In this document: positions 1-8,932 of the stretch, piece after piece | How the letters are laid out: each line of letters opens with the position of its first letter | Position numbering within the stretch: position 1 is the stretch's first letter | Assembly (NCBI GenBank): GCA_043804695.1 | Contig: JAZDIV010000033.1 | Coordinates: forward strand, 10,698 to 74,697 | Direction: 5' to 3' | Source of the DNA: PVC group bacterium | GTDB taxonomy: Bacteria; Auribacterota; Erginobacteria; Erginobacterales; Erginobacteraceae | Length of the DNA stretch: 64,000 nucleotides | Made by a program: the position numbers and the translations under genes | Notes under the pieces: generated by a model | What the model was told of the DNA's origin: nothing | Seen by the model: only the letters and a program-made list of their open reading frames with translations | Databases searched by the model: none

Positions 1-1161
1 AAACCGGGGTGCAATTCGGCTTATATAGCCCGCAAACTCCCGGAATGGCTGGCTGAAGATCAACCCGACCTGGTCGTCGCCATGATGGGAATCAATGACT
101 CCCGGGAACGGCTCGCAGCCTATTCCGCCGCCGGGGAGGAACCGGGGTTCTGGGAGCGCCTTCGCCTCGTCAAGGTTTTGCGTTTCGCCGGGCAGAACCT
201 CGGATTCATCCTGCGCTCCGGGATCAGGACTCTGACCTGGAATGCCGACGATTATGTTTTCGCAGGGATGCGTTTGCTTGAAATCGGGGATGATGAAGAG
301 GCCACGCGTTTGTTCCGCCGCGCGCTCGAGCGTGACCCCCACTGTGCTGCCGCTCACACGGGCCTGGCCCGTTATTATCTGCACCGGCAGGATTTTAAAA
401 AAATAATGAGTGAATGCGCTCTCGCGCTCACACACGATCCGAACAACGACCGGGCGATGACGGTCAAGGGGCGGGCGTGCATGGAACAGAGCAAATGGGG
501 CGAGGCAGCCGGATATCTCGAGCAGGCATTGAGCATCAACCCCCTCAATGATGAAGCCCTCGGCGCCCTCGCCTGGTGCTATTACTGGAAGCAGAAACGT
601 CTGCAGGAAGCCGAGGATCTTGCCCTCCGGGCTCTCCGGAGCGCCCCGGCGAACCACCTGGCGAACGCGGCGTTGTGGTCTGTGTACAGGAAGCGCGGGG
701 AGACCGGGCGGGCGCTCGACGTTTGCCTGAAGGCCCACGAGGCCGAGCCCCTCAACGACCGCTACTGCGCCGAAATCGCTCAACTCTATGACGAACTGGG
801 TGCCCCCGAATCATCGGAGACATACCGCCAGAAAATCGAATCCGCGCGCCTGAGCGCCGTCAACCCCATGACGGTGGAGAGTTACCGGAAGATCAGGGAG
901 ATGTGCCGGGAGCGGGGGATCCTTCTGGTGGCGGTCCAGTACCCGATGCGAAGCGTTGAGCCGATCGAGAAGATCGTGGGGCCGGGCGAGGGGGTGATCG
1001 TCGTCGACAACGAGCTCATCTTCAAGGAAGCGGTGAACCGGGACAGCTTTCAGGCATATTTTAAGGACAACTTCGCCGGAGATTTCGGACACTGCACCGC
1101 CGAGGGGAACCGCCTCCTCGCCGACAACATCGCCCGGCATATCGGCCCGGAGATGAATTGA
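1..1161 (+). CDS. SGNH/GDSL-like hydrolase with TPR insertion (5' end lies outside the window)
   Basis: Frame is open from base 1 (KPGCNS...PDLVVAMMGIND, SGNH blocks II/III), followed by TPR helices and a C-terminal DFGHCTAEGNRLLA (block V D-x-x-H). Confidence 0.7.
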   Translation, partial: KPGCNSAYIARKLPEWLAEDQPDLVVAMMGINDSRERLAAYSAAGEEPGFWERLRLVKVLRFAGQNLGFILRSGIRTLTWNADDYVFAGMRLLEIGDDEEATRLFRRALERDPHCAAAHTGLARYYLHRQDFKKIMSECALALTHDPNNDRAMTVKGRACMEQSKWGEAAGYLEQALSINPLNDEALGALAWCYYWKQKRLQEAEDLALRALRSAPANHLANAALWSVYRKRGETGRALDVCLKAHEAEPLNDRYCAEIAQLYDELGAPESSETYRQKIESARLSAVNPMTVESYRKIREMCRERGILLVAVQYPMRSVEPIEKIVGPGEGVIVVDNELIFKEAVNRDSFQAYFKDNFAGDFGHCTAEGNRLLADNIARHIGPEMN

Positions 1162-1168
1162 AAGTCAA

Positions 1169-1432
1169 ATGGATCGTAAGCGAGCAGAGATCGACGTCCG
1201 CCATCTGAAGCGGGCGGTCTACGGGCCGGTCGTCGTCGCCTTCCTGGTTTTGATCGCCCTGGTATGGCTGGACGAAGCCCTTGACGTGCCTTTCCTTATC
1301 TATCGTACATCCCAGACCGCGCCCGGATGGATAGAGGCGCTCGAAGAAACCCTTCTCATCTTCACCATCGCGTTCTTCACCATCGCGGCCCTGCGCGCCG
1401 GGCTTAACCGGCTCATCGACGGGACGAGATGA
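1169..1432 (+). CDS. small two-TM membrane protein
   Basis: Two hydrophobic segments; ATGA overlap with the next gene. Confidence 0.55.
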   Translation: MDRKRAEIDVRHLKRAVYGPVVVAFLVLIALVWLDEALDVPFLIYRTSQTAPGWIEALEETLLIFTIAFFTIAALRAGLNRLIDGTR

Positions 1433-2991
1433 GAAAGCGGGTTGTTGTAGTGCTGCTCCTTATCCTCGTGACGGGAGCCTTTCTGCGGCTGTACCGGCTC
1501 GGGACCGTCCCCGGGGGCTTTTTCCGGGATGAGGCGTGGAACGGTTACAAAGCCTACTCTCTCCTGAAGACGGGAAAGGACACGCGGGGGAACGCTTTCC
1601 CGCTCTTCTTCGCCCAGTGGGGGGACATCTCTTTCAGCAGCCCCTTTGTGTACGCGTCCATCCCCTTCATTTACCTCTTCGGCCTCAACGAGACGGCCAC
1701 CCGCCTTCCCGCCGCCCTTTTCGGCCTGCTAACGGTGGGGATGCTCTATCTCTGCGTGAAGGAATTTTTCGGTCGCGATCGTGCTCTGGCGGCCTCATTT
1801 CTGCTCGCCGTCTCCCCCTGGCATATCCAGTTCAGCCGGCTGGCATTTCGGGCGATTACCTTCCCGTTCTTCTTCCTGCTCGCGGTCTGCCTCTTGAAAA
1901 AGGGCCTTCGGCGGAAGGGATGGCTCCCTGTGGGGTTCGCGGTTCTGGGGGCGACTATTTACACCTACTCCTCTGCCATGGTTTTCATCCCGCTTTTCTG
2001 CGCGGTATATCTCCTGGTTTACCGGCGCACCCTCTTCTGCCGGCAGACGGCGGTTGTGACGGTTCTTTCCCTTCTTCTCTTCTTAATCATTGTATATCCG
2101 GCGACGCTTCACAGCCGCACGTGGGAGGGGCAGCAATATTTCCGTGGAACGACCTATGTGGGCGATAAGCTGAGAGTGGGAGATCTTAAGGATTTCTTTT
2201 TAAGATACATCGGCTATTTCTCTCCGGCGTATCTGGCCGGTTCCGGGCCGGAAGAGATTCCCTGGCCCAGCCCCTGGAAGTTCGGTCTGGTTTATTTCTT
2301 CGAGTACCCTCTTATCCTCCTTGGTCTCTATGTGTTCATGAGTCGCCGGACACGGGACCGCTGGCTCTTTATCGGCTGGCTTTTCCTCTATCCTTTTTCA
2401 GTGTCTCTCACCGATGCCTATTTTCACAGCCTGCGCACCTTCATCGCGGCACCTCTCTGGCCGGTGCTGGGCGCCGAGGGGCTCTGCCGTGTGGTGGAGT
2501 TCGTTCGCCGTCGTCGAAGATGGTGGTTGGTTGCGGGATATTCGTTCGCTGCCGCCGCCCTGCTGAACATTGCTCTTTTCGTTCACGCGTTTTTCACAGG
2601 ATACAGCGCTAAGTCGTCGGCGGCCCTCCAATACGGCTACCGGGAGGCCATCGGTTACATCGAGTCGATCCGAAAACCGGAGGACGTGGTGAAAGTGCAC
2701 TCAGATCTGGTGCTTTCCTATATCTTTGTTATCTTTTACACCGAGTTCGACCCGGATTATTTCCACAAGGCTTCCTTTCGACTCTCTACCCGGCGGAGCG
2801 GGTGTTACTCCGCGTATGGCAACATCGGCCCGTATTACTTCTCCACGGACGATCTTGATTGGGAAAATCCAACGGGGAAAATATATTATCTCAGCAGGCC
2901 GAGCCGGAGGAAGGATGGCTGGAGAAAGCTCAAAACAATCACAGATCCGAGCGGCGCCGCCCAGCTCCAGATTTGGGAGTTGCGGAAATAA
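1429..2991 (+). CDS. GT-C membrane glycosyltransferase (ArnT/PMT, GT39/GT83-like)
   Basis: LRLYRLG..P.GF..DE motif, RLPAALFG, LLAVSPWHIQFSR, many TM helices. Confidence 0.85.
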   Translation: MRKRVVVVLLLILVTGAFLRLYRLGTVPGGFFRDEAWNGYKAYSLLKTGKDTRGNAFPLFFAQWGDISFSSPFVYASIPFIYLFGLNETATRLPAALFGLLTVGMLYLCVKEFFGRDRALAASFLLAVSPWHIQFSRLAFRAITFPFFFLLAVCLLKKGLRRKGWLPVGFAVLGATIYTYSSAMVFIPLFCAVYLLVYRRTLFCRQTAVVTVLSLLLFLIIVYPATLHSRTWEGQQYFRGTTYVGDKLRVGDLKDFFLRYIGYFSPAYLAGSGPEEIPWPSPWKFGLVYFFEYPLILLGLYVFMSRRTRDRWLFIGWLFLYPFSVSLTDAYFHSLRTFIAAPLWPVLGAEGLCRVVEFVRRRRRWWLVAGYSFAAAALLNIALFVHAFFTGYSAKSSAALQYGYREAIGYIESIRKPEDVVKVHSDLVLSYIFVIFYTEFDPDYFHKASFRLSTRRSGCYSAYGNIGPYYFSTDDLDWENPTGKIYYLSRPSRRKDGWRKLKTITDPSGAAQLQIWELRK

Positions 2992-3083
2992 AGAAGAGGG
3001 ATTATCTCTTCGGGACGGGGCCTGGTTAAATCAGATGGATCGGTCTGATTTTTTTCTTGCCCGACTTCGCCGGTTCAAAGAAA

Positions 3084-3857
3084 ATGAGCGCTGGCATGGA
3101 AAACCGGGGTAAATCCAGAAGACTTCGCCCCAGCGGAGGTTACCGGACACTCCGTTCATTCCGGGTGACAACGATCATCTACGACGCCACGGTCTCGTTC
3201 TGCGACCGTTTCCTGAACAAACGCTCACGCACCGTGGACCAGATGGTTCAGGCAGCCCGGAGCGGGCGCCAGAACATCGCCGAAGGCAGCCGGGCGGCGG
3301 CAACCTCGAGTCAGACCGAGCTGCGTCTGGTGAATGTCGCCCGGGCCAGCCTCGATGAACTCCTCCTCGATTATGAAGATTTCCTCCGACAGCGAGAGCT
3401 GGTTCAATGGGGAAAAGACGATCCGCGGGCAAGGGAAGTACGGGCGGTGGGGAAGCAGCATCAGACCAATCGGTCCGATCCGTCGGATTCCAAACCCTAC
3501 GCCGCCTGGCTCAACCACACCGATCCGGCGGTGGTCGCCAACGCCGTGACCTGCCTGATTCACCAGGCCAATTACCTGCTCGATCGGCAAATTGCCGGGC
3601 TGGAACGGCAGTTCATCGAGGAAGGCGGCTACAGTGAGCGGCTGGCGGCGGCGCGAATTGAGAAGCGGCGGGGGATGAAAAATCAGTCGGATCAGTCCGA
3701 TCAGACGGATCCGACCGATAAAAACTTCCCCCCCTGCCCGCTCTGCGGTGGCCTGATGGTTCCGCGGACCGCCCGCAAGGGAAAGAACGCGGGGAGACAG
3801 TTCTGGGGCTGCGTCGCTTTCCCGGAGTGCAAAGGCACCCGACCATTTGAAGGATGA
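3084..3857 (+). CDS. four-helix-bundle (23S IVS/bAvd-like) protein with suffix domain and topoisomerase-type C4 zinc ribbon
   Basis: GGYRTL, DQMVQAARSGRQNIAEG, VARASLDELLLDYEDFL, FIEEGGYSERL, CPLCGGLMV..FWGCVAFPECKG. Confidence 0.85.
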   Translation: MSAGMENRGKSRRLRPSGGYRTLRSFRVTTIIYDATVSFCDRFLNKRSRTVDQMVQAARSGRQNIAEGSRAAATSSQTELRLVNVARASLDELLLDYEDFLRQRELVQWGKDDPRAREVRAVGKQHQTNRSDPSDSKPYAAWLNHTDPAVVANAVTCLIHQANYLLDRQIAGLERQFIEEGGYSERLAAARIEKRRGMKNQSDQSDQTDPTDKNFPPCPLCGGLMVPRTARKGKNAGRQFWGCVAFPECKGTRPFEG

Positions 3858-3930
3858 GAAGTTGAGGGGAGAAGTGCTCCCCATCCCGGTCCTCCCCCGC
3901 CTGCCGGGCATAGCCGCTGACCTGACGGTA

Positions 3931-5196
3931 CTACTCCTCCGGCGCCCCCTTCATCCTCAGTTGAGCGCCAGTGACGCTATTTGATTCCGGCCGGCCGTAC
4001 CCTTCGGGATAGAGATAGGAGCCCCGCTCCGACTCCGGCTTCTCCTCTTCCACCTGGATCCGGTTATCCTCCGCCCAGGGGTCCCGGCGGATGCCGGTCA
4101 CCTGCCAGGAGACCTCCATCCCGGGGGTCCCGCCGGCGATCCGGAAGCTGTTCCCGGACACCTTTTGCGAGATGTAAAGGTTCGGGCCGGGCGCCCCGAG
4201 CGGGGTGAGCTGATAGCGGAAATCGCGGTTGAGGGCCTCGAACCAGTCCGGGAGCGTCACCGCCGCTTCCCCGCTCCCGTCGAGGACCGCGGTGCCATTG
4301 TAAATATTCATCATGTCCGGCGACTCGACGAAGGAGTGGCTCAGGTAGCGGTTCTCCGGGTCGAGGGGATGGTCGATCCGGAAGCTGCCGCCGGTTTTGT
4401 AAAGGGTGCCCGTGATATTAACATCCCCATTGAACCAGCCGGCGTAACCGGAGGAACTTTCACCATAGATACCCACCCCGAAGTTACTTTTTCCTCCGAC
4501 GGCTCTCCCGTTGCTTGCTGTGGTTTCAAACCATCCGGCGTCGTTGGAACCTCCCCGCACCTCTAATTGATAGGTGGGGCTCGCCGTTCCGATGCCAACC
4601 CGGCCGGTGCTCTGCACGATGAAGGCTGACCCCCCCGGCCCGGCGGAGATGAAATTCTGTCCGCAGTCGATAATATCGATTCCGTTATAGGGAGTATCAT
4701 GGATATAGAGGGCGCTCCAGCCGGTATTGGCAATTTCAACGCCGTGCCAGGGAGAATTCACGAAGTATCCCCGGCCGCCGTCAACGGTGAGGCGATCCTG
4801 GACATAAAGAGAGTCGGTCCCGATCCCGACGTTTCCCGCGGTAAAATAAAGATTATTCCCTTTCGGGGTCCAGCGGCCGCCCGGCGCGCTGAGGGGGATA
4901 TCGGTGCCCCCGCCGTAGTAGGCCCGGGTCAGCCCCCGCACCGCCCAGAGACCGGTTACCGGGCGGAAGATGGCGATATCGTCTTTCCCGTTGTTATTAT
5001 AGTCCCCGGGGACCGGGATGTCGCCCGAACCGCCGAAATAGACCCGGGTTATCCCCCGCACCGACCAGAGCCCGCTGGCGGGCCGGAAGATCCCGATGTC
5101 ATCCCTGCCATCCCCGCCGAAGTCCGCTCCCGCCACCGCCCAATTCCAGCTCAAACCGAGCACTGCAACCGCCAGCACCGCCGCCGTTCTTTTCAT
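3931..5196 (-). CDS. secreted fibre-like protein: 2 FG-GAP-like repeats, GNVGIGT repeats and C-terminal FRIDHPLDP domain
   Basis: Signal peptide MKRTAAVLAV..; two D-x-x-x-x-G-x-DDI..FRP..GLW.VRG.TR repeats; GNVGIGT/GRVGIGT tail-fibre-like motifs. Confidence 0.7.
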   Translation of the reverse strand: MKRTAAVLAVAVLGLSWNWAVAGADFGGDGRDDIGIFRPASGLWSVRGITRVYFGGSGDIPVPGDYNNNGKDDIAIFRPVTGLWAVRGLTRAYYGGGTDIPLSAPGGRWTPKGNNLYFTAGNVGIGTDSLYVQDRLTVDGGRGYFVNSPWHGVEIANTGWSALYIHDTPYNGIDIIDCGQNFISAGPGGSAFIVQSTGRVGIGTASPTYQLEVRGGSNDAGWFETTASNGRAVGGKSNFGVGIYGESSSGYAGWFNGDVNITGTLYKTGGSFRIDHPLDPENRYLSHSFVESPDMMNIYNGTAVLDGSGEAAVTLPDWFEALNRDFRYQLTPLGAPGPNLYISQKVSGNSFRIAGGTPGMEVSWQVTGIRRDPWAEDNRIQVEEEKPESERGSYLYPEGYGRPESNSVTGAQLRMKGAPEE

Positions 5197-5427
5197 ACCA
5201 CTGCCTCCTTTTTTCTCTCCTGCGACCACGACGGTGCGCGGCCCTCCAGACTTGCCGCTGGAGGGACGCGCTCTGCCGCGTCAGAAGCAGCTTGTTTACC
5301 CTGCAGATACAGCCGTTATTCTCCTGATAGCCCTCTTCCGGCAGTTTCGCCGTCTTTTCAGTGGGAGGGCGTTTCCTGTTCATAGGGCTTCCTTCCATCG
5401 GGTTATCGGATGCTGAAAACGGCGTTT

Positions 5428-5712
5428 CTACTCCTTTGTCTTCAAGCGGCAGCAGCCCGGCGAACCCATATCCAGGCCGCAGTGGGGGCACTTCTCGGCG
5501 CCCGCCCGGCAGCAGAGCTCGGTTCCCTTGACCTGACCGCATTTGGAACAGAGGGCCTTCATGTCCACCGCGGCGGCCGCGACCGCAGGCATGCCGCAGC
5601 CCTGTTTCCCGGCCGATTGTTTTGCCGGGCAGCAGCCGGCCATGGCCGGGGTCGCCGCCAGGCAACCGATCACCAGGACCAGACCGCAGATGATGAGATG
5701 TCTTGGCATCAT
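5428..5712 (-). CDS. small secreted Cys-rich protein
   Basis: RBS AAGGAGG; signal peptide; CC, CSKCG, CC, CPHCG, CC. Confidence 0.6.
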   Translation of the reverse strand: MMPRHLIICGLVLVIGCLAATPAMAGCCPAKQSAGKQGCGMPAVAAAAVDMKALCSKCGQVKGTELCCRAGAEKCPHCGLDMGSPGCCRLKTKE

Positions 5713-5775
5713 TGCATCCTCCTTATTCATTTTGTTGCTTCTTTTTTAACGGCGCCGGCATTCCGGCCGCCGGAA

Positions 5776-7416
5776 TTATGAACTTAGAATCTCTGCCAGG
5801 TCCTCTTCCGGATCCCCGATCGGCCTGATCGCGAATTTCTTCACCAGGACCTGGAGGACGCCGGGCGAGACAAACGCCGGGAGGCTGGGGCCAAGGCGGA
5901 TACCCTTGATCCCGAGGTGGAGGAGGGAGAGGAGGACCACCACCGCCTTCTGCTCGTACCAAGAGATGATCAGGGAGAGCGGAAGATCGTTGACCCCGCA
6001 CTCAAACGCCCCGGCCAGGGCCTGGGCAATCCGCACCGCCGAGTAGGCGTCGTTGCACTGCCCGACGTCGAGGAGCCGCGGGATCCCGCCAATCTCGCCG
6101 AAGTCTCGGGTATTGAAACGGTACTTTCCGCAGGCCAGCGTCAGGATCACGGTGTCTTTCGGCGTCAGTTCGGCAAATTTTGTGAAGTAGTTCCGCCCGG
6201 GCTTGGCCCCGTCGCAGCCGCCGATCAGGAAGAAATGTTTGATGGCTCCGGTCTTCACCGCTTCGACTACCTGGCCGGCCACGGAGAGAACCGCCTCGTG
6301 GGCGAACCCGACGGTGATGGTCTTCCCCGCCGACTCCTCGAACCCTCCCAGCTTTTTCGCCTTCGCAATCACCGCCGAGAAGTCCTTCGGGCCCCCGTCA
6401 CGGTCCGGGATGTGCGTCACACCCGGCCAGGCGACCAGACCGGTGGTAAAGACCCGGTCCCGGTAGGAGTCGAGCGGCTTCTGGATGCAGTTGGTGGTGA
6501 AGAGGATGGCGGCGGGCACGCCGTCGAACTCCTTTTGCTGGTTCTGCCAGGCGGTGCCGAAGTTCCCCGCCAGATGCCGGTTTTTCTTCAGACCGGGGTA
6601 CCCGTGGGCGGGGAGCATCTCCCCGTGGGTGTAAACGTTGACCCCGGTGCCCTCGGTCTGCCGGAGCAGCTCTGCCAGGTCCTTGAGGTCGTGCCCGGTG
6701 ATGATGATGGCCGGTCCCTTCCGGGTCCCCAGGAAGACCGGAGACGGTTCCGGAACCCCGAAGTGCTCCCGGTGTCCCTCCGAGAGGAGCGCCATCGCGA
6801 TGATGTTCACCCTCCCGCACTCCAGGTTCAGGGAAACCAGTTCGTCGGCGGAACGGTCGCCTTCCGCCAGGACGGCAAGAGCCCGATTGATAAAATCGTA
6901 CACCTCGTTCGAGTCGCTGCCCAGAATACGCGCGTGGTCAGTGTAGGCGGAGAGCCCCTTCAGCCCGAAGAGCAGAAGATGCTCCAGCGAGCGGAGATCT
7001 TCGGGCTTTTTGGGGTCGGCCATCAAGCCGACGCCCGCCGCCTGCTCCAGAAGCTCCGCCCTTGTCCCCGCGGGCTCCCAGGCGGCCGCGGCCGGCGGCC
7101 GGAGGCCGGGATCGGGGGACAGCCCCCGGGCTTTCTCTTTGACTTCCGCCGCCCGGCGGATCAGTCCCTCCAGGCGATCGGGATCGAAGTCGACGTTGGT
7201 GATCGTACTGAAGAGGGCCCGCACGATGAATTCGTTCACCTCCGGGTCCCGTTTCCCCGCCGCCGCACCGAGGGCGGCATACCAGCCGATCCCTTTCACT
7301 GCGTGGACCAGCAGATCCTGCAGGGCGGCTGTCTCCGGGGTCTTCCCGCAGACTCCTCCCACCGTGCAGCCGGTACCTTTGGCCGTCTGTTCACACTGGT
7401 AACAAAACATGTTCAT
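5776..7416 (-). CDS. hcp: hybrid cluster protein (hydroxylamine reductase)
   Basis: MFCYQCEQT..GC...GVCGK, GHDL, YTHGEMLPAH, TTNC, GGCDG, GQCNDAY, SWYEQKA. Confidence 0.97.
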   Translation of the reverse strand: MNMFCYQCEQTAKGTGCTVGGVCGKTPETAALQDLLVHAVKGIGWYAALGAAAGKRDPEVNEFIVRALFSTITNVDFDPDRLEGLIRRAAEVKEKARGLSPDPGLRPPAAAAWEPAGTRAELLEQAAGVGLMADPKKPEDLRSLEHLLLFGLKGLSAYTDHARILGSDSNEVYDFINRALAVLAEGDRSADELVSLNLECGRVNIIAMALLSEGHREHFGVPEPSPVFLGTRKGPAIIITGHDLKDLAELLRQTEGTGVNVYTHGEMLPAHGYPGLKKNRHLAGNFGTAWQNQQKEFDGVPAAILFTTNCIQKPLDSYRDRVFTTGLVAWPGVTHIPDRDGGPKDFSAVIAKAKKLGGFEESAGKTITVGFAHEAVLSVAGQVVEAVKTGAIKHFFLIGGCDGAKPGRNYFTKFAELTPKDTVILTLACGKYRFNTRDFGEIGGIPRLLDVGQCNDAYSAVRIAQALAGAFECGVNDLPLSLIISWYEQKAVVVLLSLLHLGIKGIRLGPSLPAFVSPGVLQVLVKKFAIRPIGDPEEDLAEILSS

Positions 7417-7428
7417 CTCGTACCTCCT

Positions 7429-7573
7429 TATAAATTACTCGCTTCGCTCACAACTTTTGCCACTAAGACACCAAGACACCAAGAAAAACCAAATAAAGTG
7501 AGTATTTTTCTTTTCCCTCTTTTCTTGGTGTCTTTGTGCCTTGGTGGCTAATAATTTTTAAATTCCGAAACAG
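7429..7573 (-). repeat. composite element E1 (left end CTGTTTCGGAATTT, CCACCAAG/CACCAAG hairpin body, GCGAAGCG right end)
   Basis: Near-identical reverse-complement copy at about 47879-48055. Confidence 0.8.
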
Positions 7574-7577
7574 CGTC

Positions 7578-8015
7578 TTATTCCACACCGCAACTGGTGG
7601 ACTGTTTCATTTTTTCCGGATGCGGGGTTTTGATGATCAGGAACGTCGCGTCTTCCCCGGATTGGTTGACGATGTTCATCGGGGTCCCGTTGGCCACCGG
7701 GACCAGGTCGCCTTCCCGCGCCCGGATCTTCTCCCCGGCCAGGTCCACGACCACCTCGCCTTTGACCACCAGGAGGTGAATGTTTGAGTTGGCGTTGTGC
7801 TGGGGGACCATCTGACCCGGTTTCAAGGCTGCCTGCATCAGCAGCAGGTAGTCCTCGTCCACCAGCTTTCTCTTTCCCACCCCCTCGTCCTGGCATGGTA
7901 TTTCTTTCAACACGTTTATCTCCGGCATCATCACCTCCTCGCCACCGTCACACCGGGGGCCCAGTATTGTTACGGCTATCAAACCGCATACAACCGTTAA
8001 GCTCTTCTTTATCAT
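7578..8015 (-). CDS. cupin domain protein (alternative start at 7928/7931 after GAGGAGG)
   Basis: LKPGQMVPQH...VVKGE...REGDLV.V....PMNIVN. Confidence 0.8.
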   Translation of the reverse strand: MIKKSLTVVCGLIAVTILGPRCDGGEEVMMPEINVLKEIPCQDEGVGKRKLVDEDYLLLMQAALKPGQMVPQHNANSNIHLLVVKGEVVVDLAGEKIRAREGDLVPVANGTPMNIVNQSGEDATFLIIKTPHPEKMKQSTSCGVE

Positions 8016-8230
8016 CTTCTTACCTTTCTCCTTCCTGTTTCTGTCCTTGCCTTCGCCGACGTCCCTGGTGCAGACGATCGTATTTTTCCGGGCCCTCCGA
8101 CAACAGACCCCCGCGGCCTTGTGCCGCGGGTGAATCAGTTCACTGGCTACCCCCGACGCCCCCCCTTCCCAGGAGCTGGGGTTGTTTGGACACCCATTGT
8201 AGCCTGTGAACTTCCGCTCCGGCGGGACTC

Positions 8231-8270
8231 CTTCGACTCCGCTCCCTTCGACTGCGCTCAGGGTCTTCGA
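8231..8270. repeat. CTTCGAC..GCTCAGG palindromic repeat
   Basis: cttcgactccgctcccttcgactgcgctcagg matches the reverse complement of 31275-31303. Confidence 0.6.
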
Positions 8271-8329
8271 CAGGATCTTCGAAAAGCCGCCGGGGGCGGG
8301 TGCTGCTTTGCGGCCGGTTGTAATATTCC

Positions 8330-8770
8330 TCAATCCTGATTACCTTTCTCTTCATGGGATACTCCTTCAACATCCCTTACCAGGCCGCCGATGGTGATCC
8401 CCGCCAGGTCGGCCAGGACATTTTCTTCGATCTTTTTCAGCTGGCGGCGAAGGGGGCAGCGGGAGCGGTTTGGGCACACATGATTCCTGAAGAGGCACTC
8501 CGCCAGGTCAAGCTTCCCCTGAAAAATCCCGATCAGACGGATGAGCTCGATCCGGCCGGGGTCCCCGGCCAGGCGGACGCCCCCCCCCGCGCCCTCCCGG
8601 CTGGAGACCAGCCCTTCCCGGGCGAGATCCTGGAGAAGTCGGCGGAGATAGGAGAGCGGAATCTTCTCCCGCTCCGCGATCTCCCGCGAGGAGACATATC
8701 GCCCCTTCTCCCGGGCCAGGCAGATCAACGCCCGGACCGCGTAATCGGTATTCTTGGTCAGCAATTTCAT
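8330..8770 (-). CDS. Rrf2 family Fe-S regulator (NsrR/IscR-like)
   Basis: TDYAVRAL, EIAERE.IP..YL..LL..L...GLV.S.EG.GGG..L; three C-terminal Cys. Confidence 0.92.
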   Translation of the reverse strand: MKLLTKNTDYAVRALICLAREKGRYVSSREIAEREKIPLSYLRRLLQDLAREGLVSSREGAGGGVRLAGDPGRIELIRLIGIFQGKLDLAECLFRNHVCPNRSRCPLRRQLKKIEENVLADLAGITIGGLVRDVEGVSHEEKGNQD

Positions 8771-8787
8771 TGTCCTTTTCCCGGTTA

Positions 8788-8826
8788 AACTAATACTAAT
8801 ATAGTATTAGTTAGACGAACTGTCAA
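8788..8826 (-). promoter_or_regulatory. sigma70 promoter of the rrf2 operon overlapped by a perfect 11-3-11 inverted repeat (likely Rrf2 operator)
   Basis: Minus strand TTGACA(8826-8821)-17bp-TATATT(8803-8798); AACTAATACTA-ata-TAGTATTAGTT at 8788-8812. Confidence 0.75.
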
Positions 8827-8932
8827 GTATTCCGTTCATTTGTTTTTCATTTTTCTCTACCCCGTTATAGCTTTTCATTAAGCTCTAAAATATGGTATGT
8901 AGTACCTCAGGGAACATTAAACAGGGAGAGAA

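Noticed and set aside
3084..3857. Diversity-generating retroelement accessory gene
   Set aside because: No reverse transcriptase or adenine-specific TR/VR pair seen
5917..7551. 544-aa + strand ORF and similar long antisense ORFs (e.g. 31358-32833, 44079-45257)
   Set aside because: Shadows of well-supported opposite-strand genes in GC-rich DNA
8016..8333. N-terminal extension of the cupin ORF to 251 aa
   Set aside because: Runs through non-coding repeat sequence; starts at 8015 or 7928/7931 have RBS support
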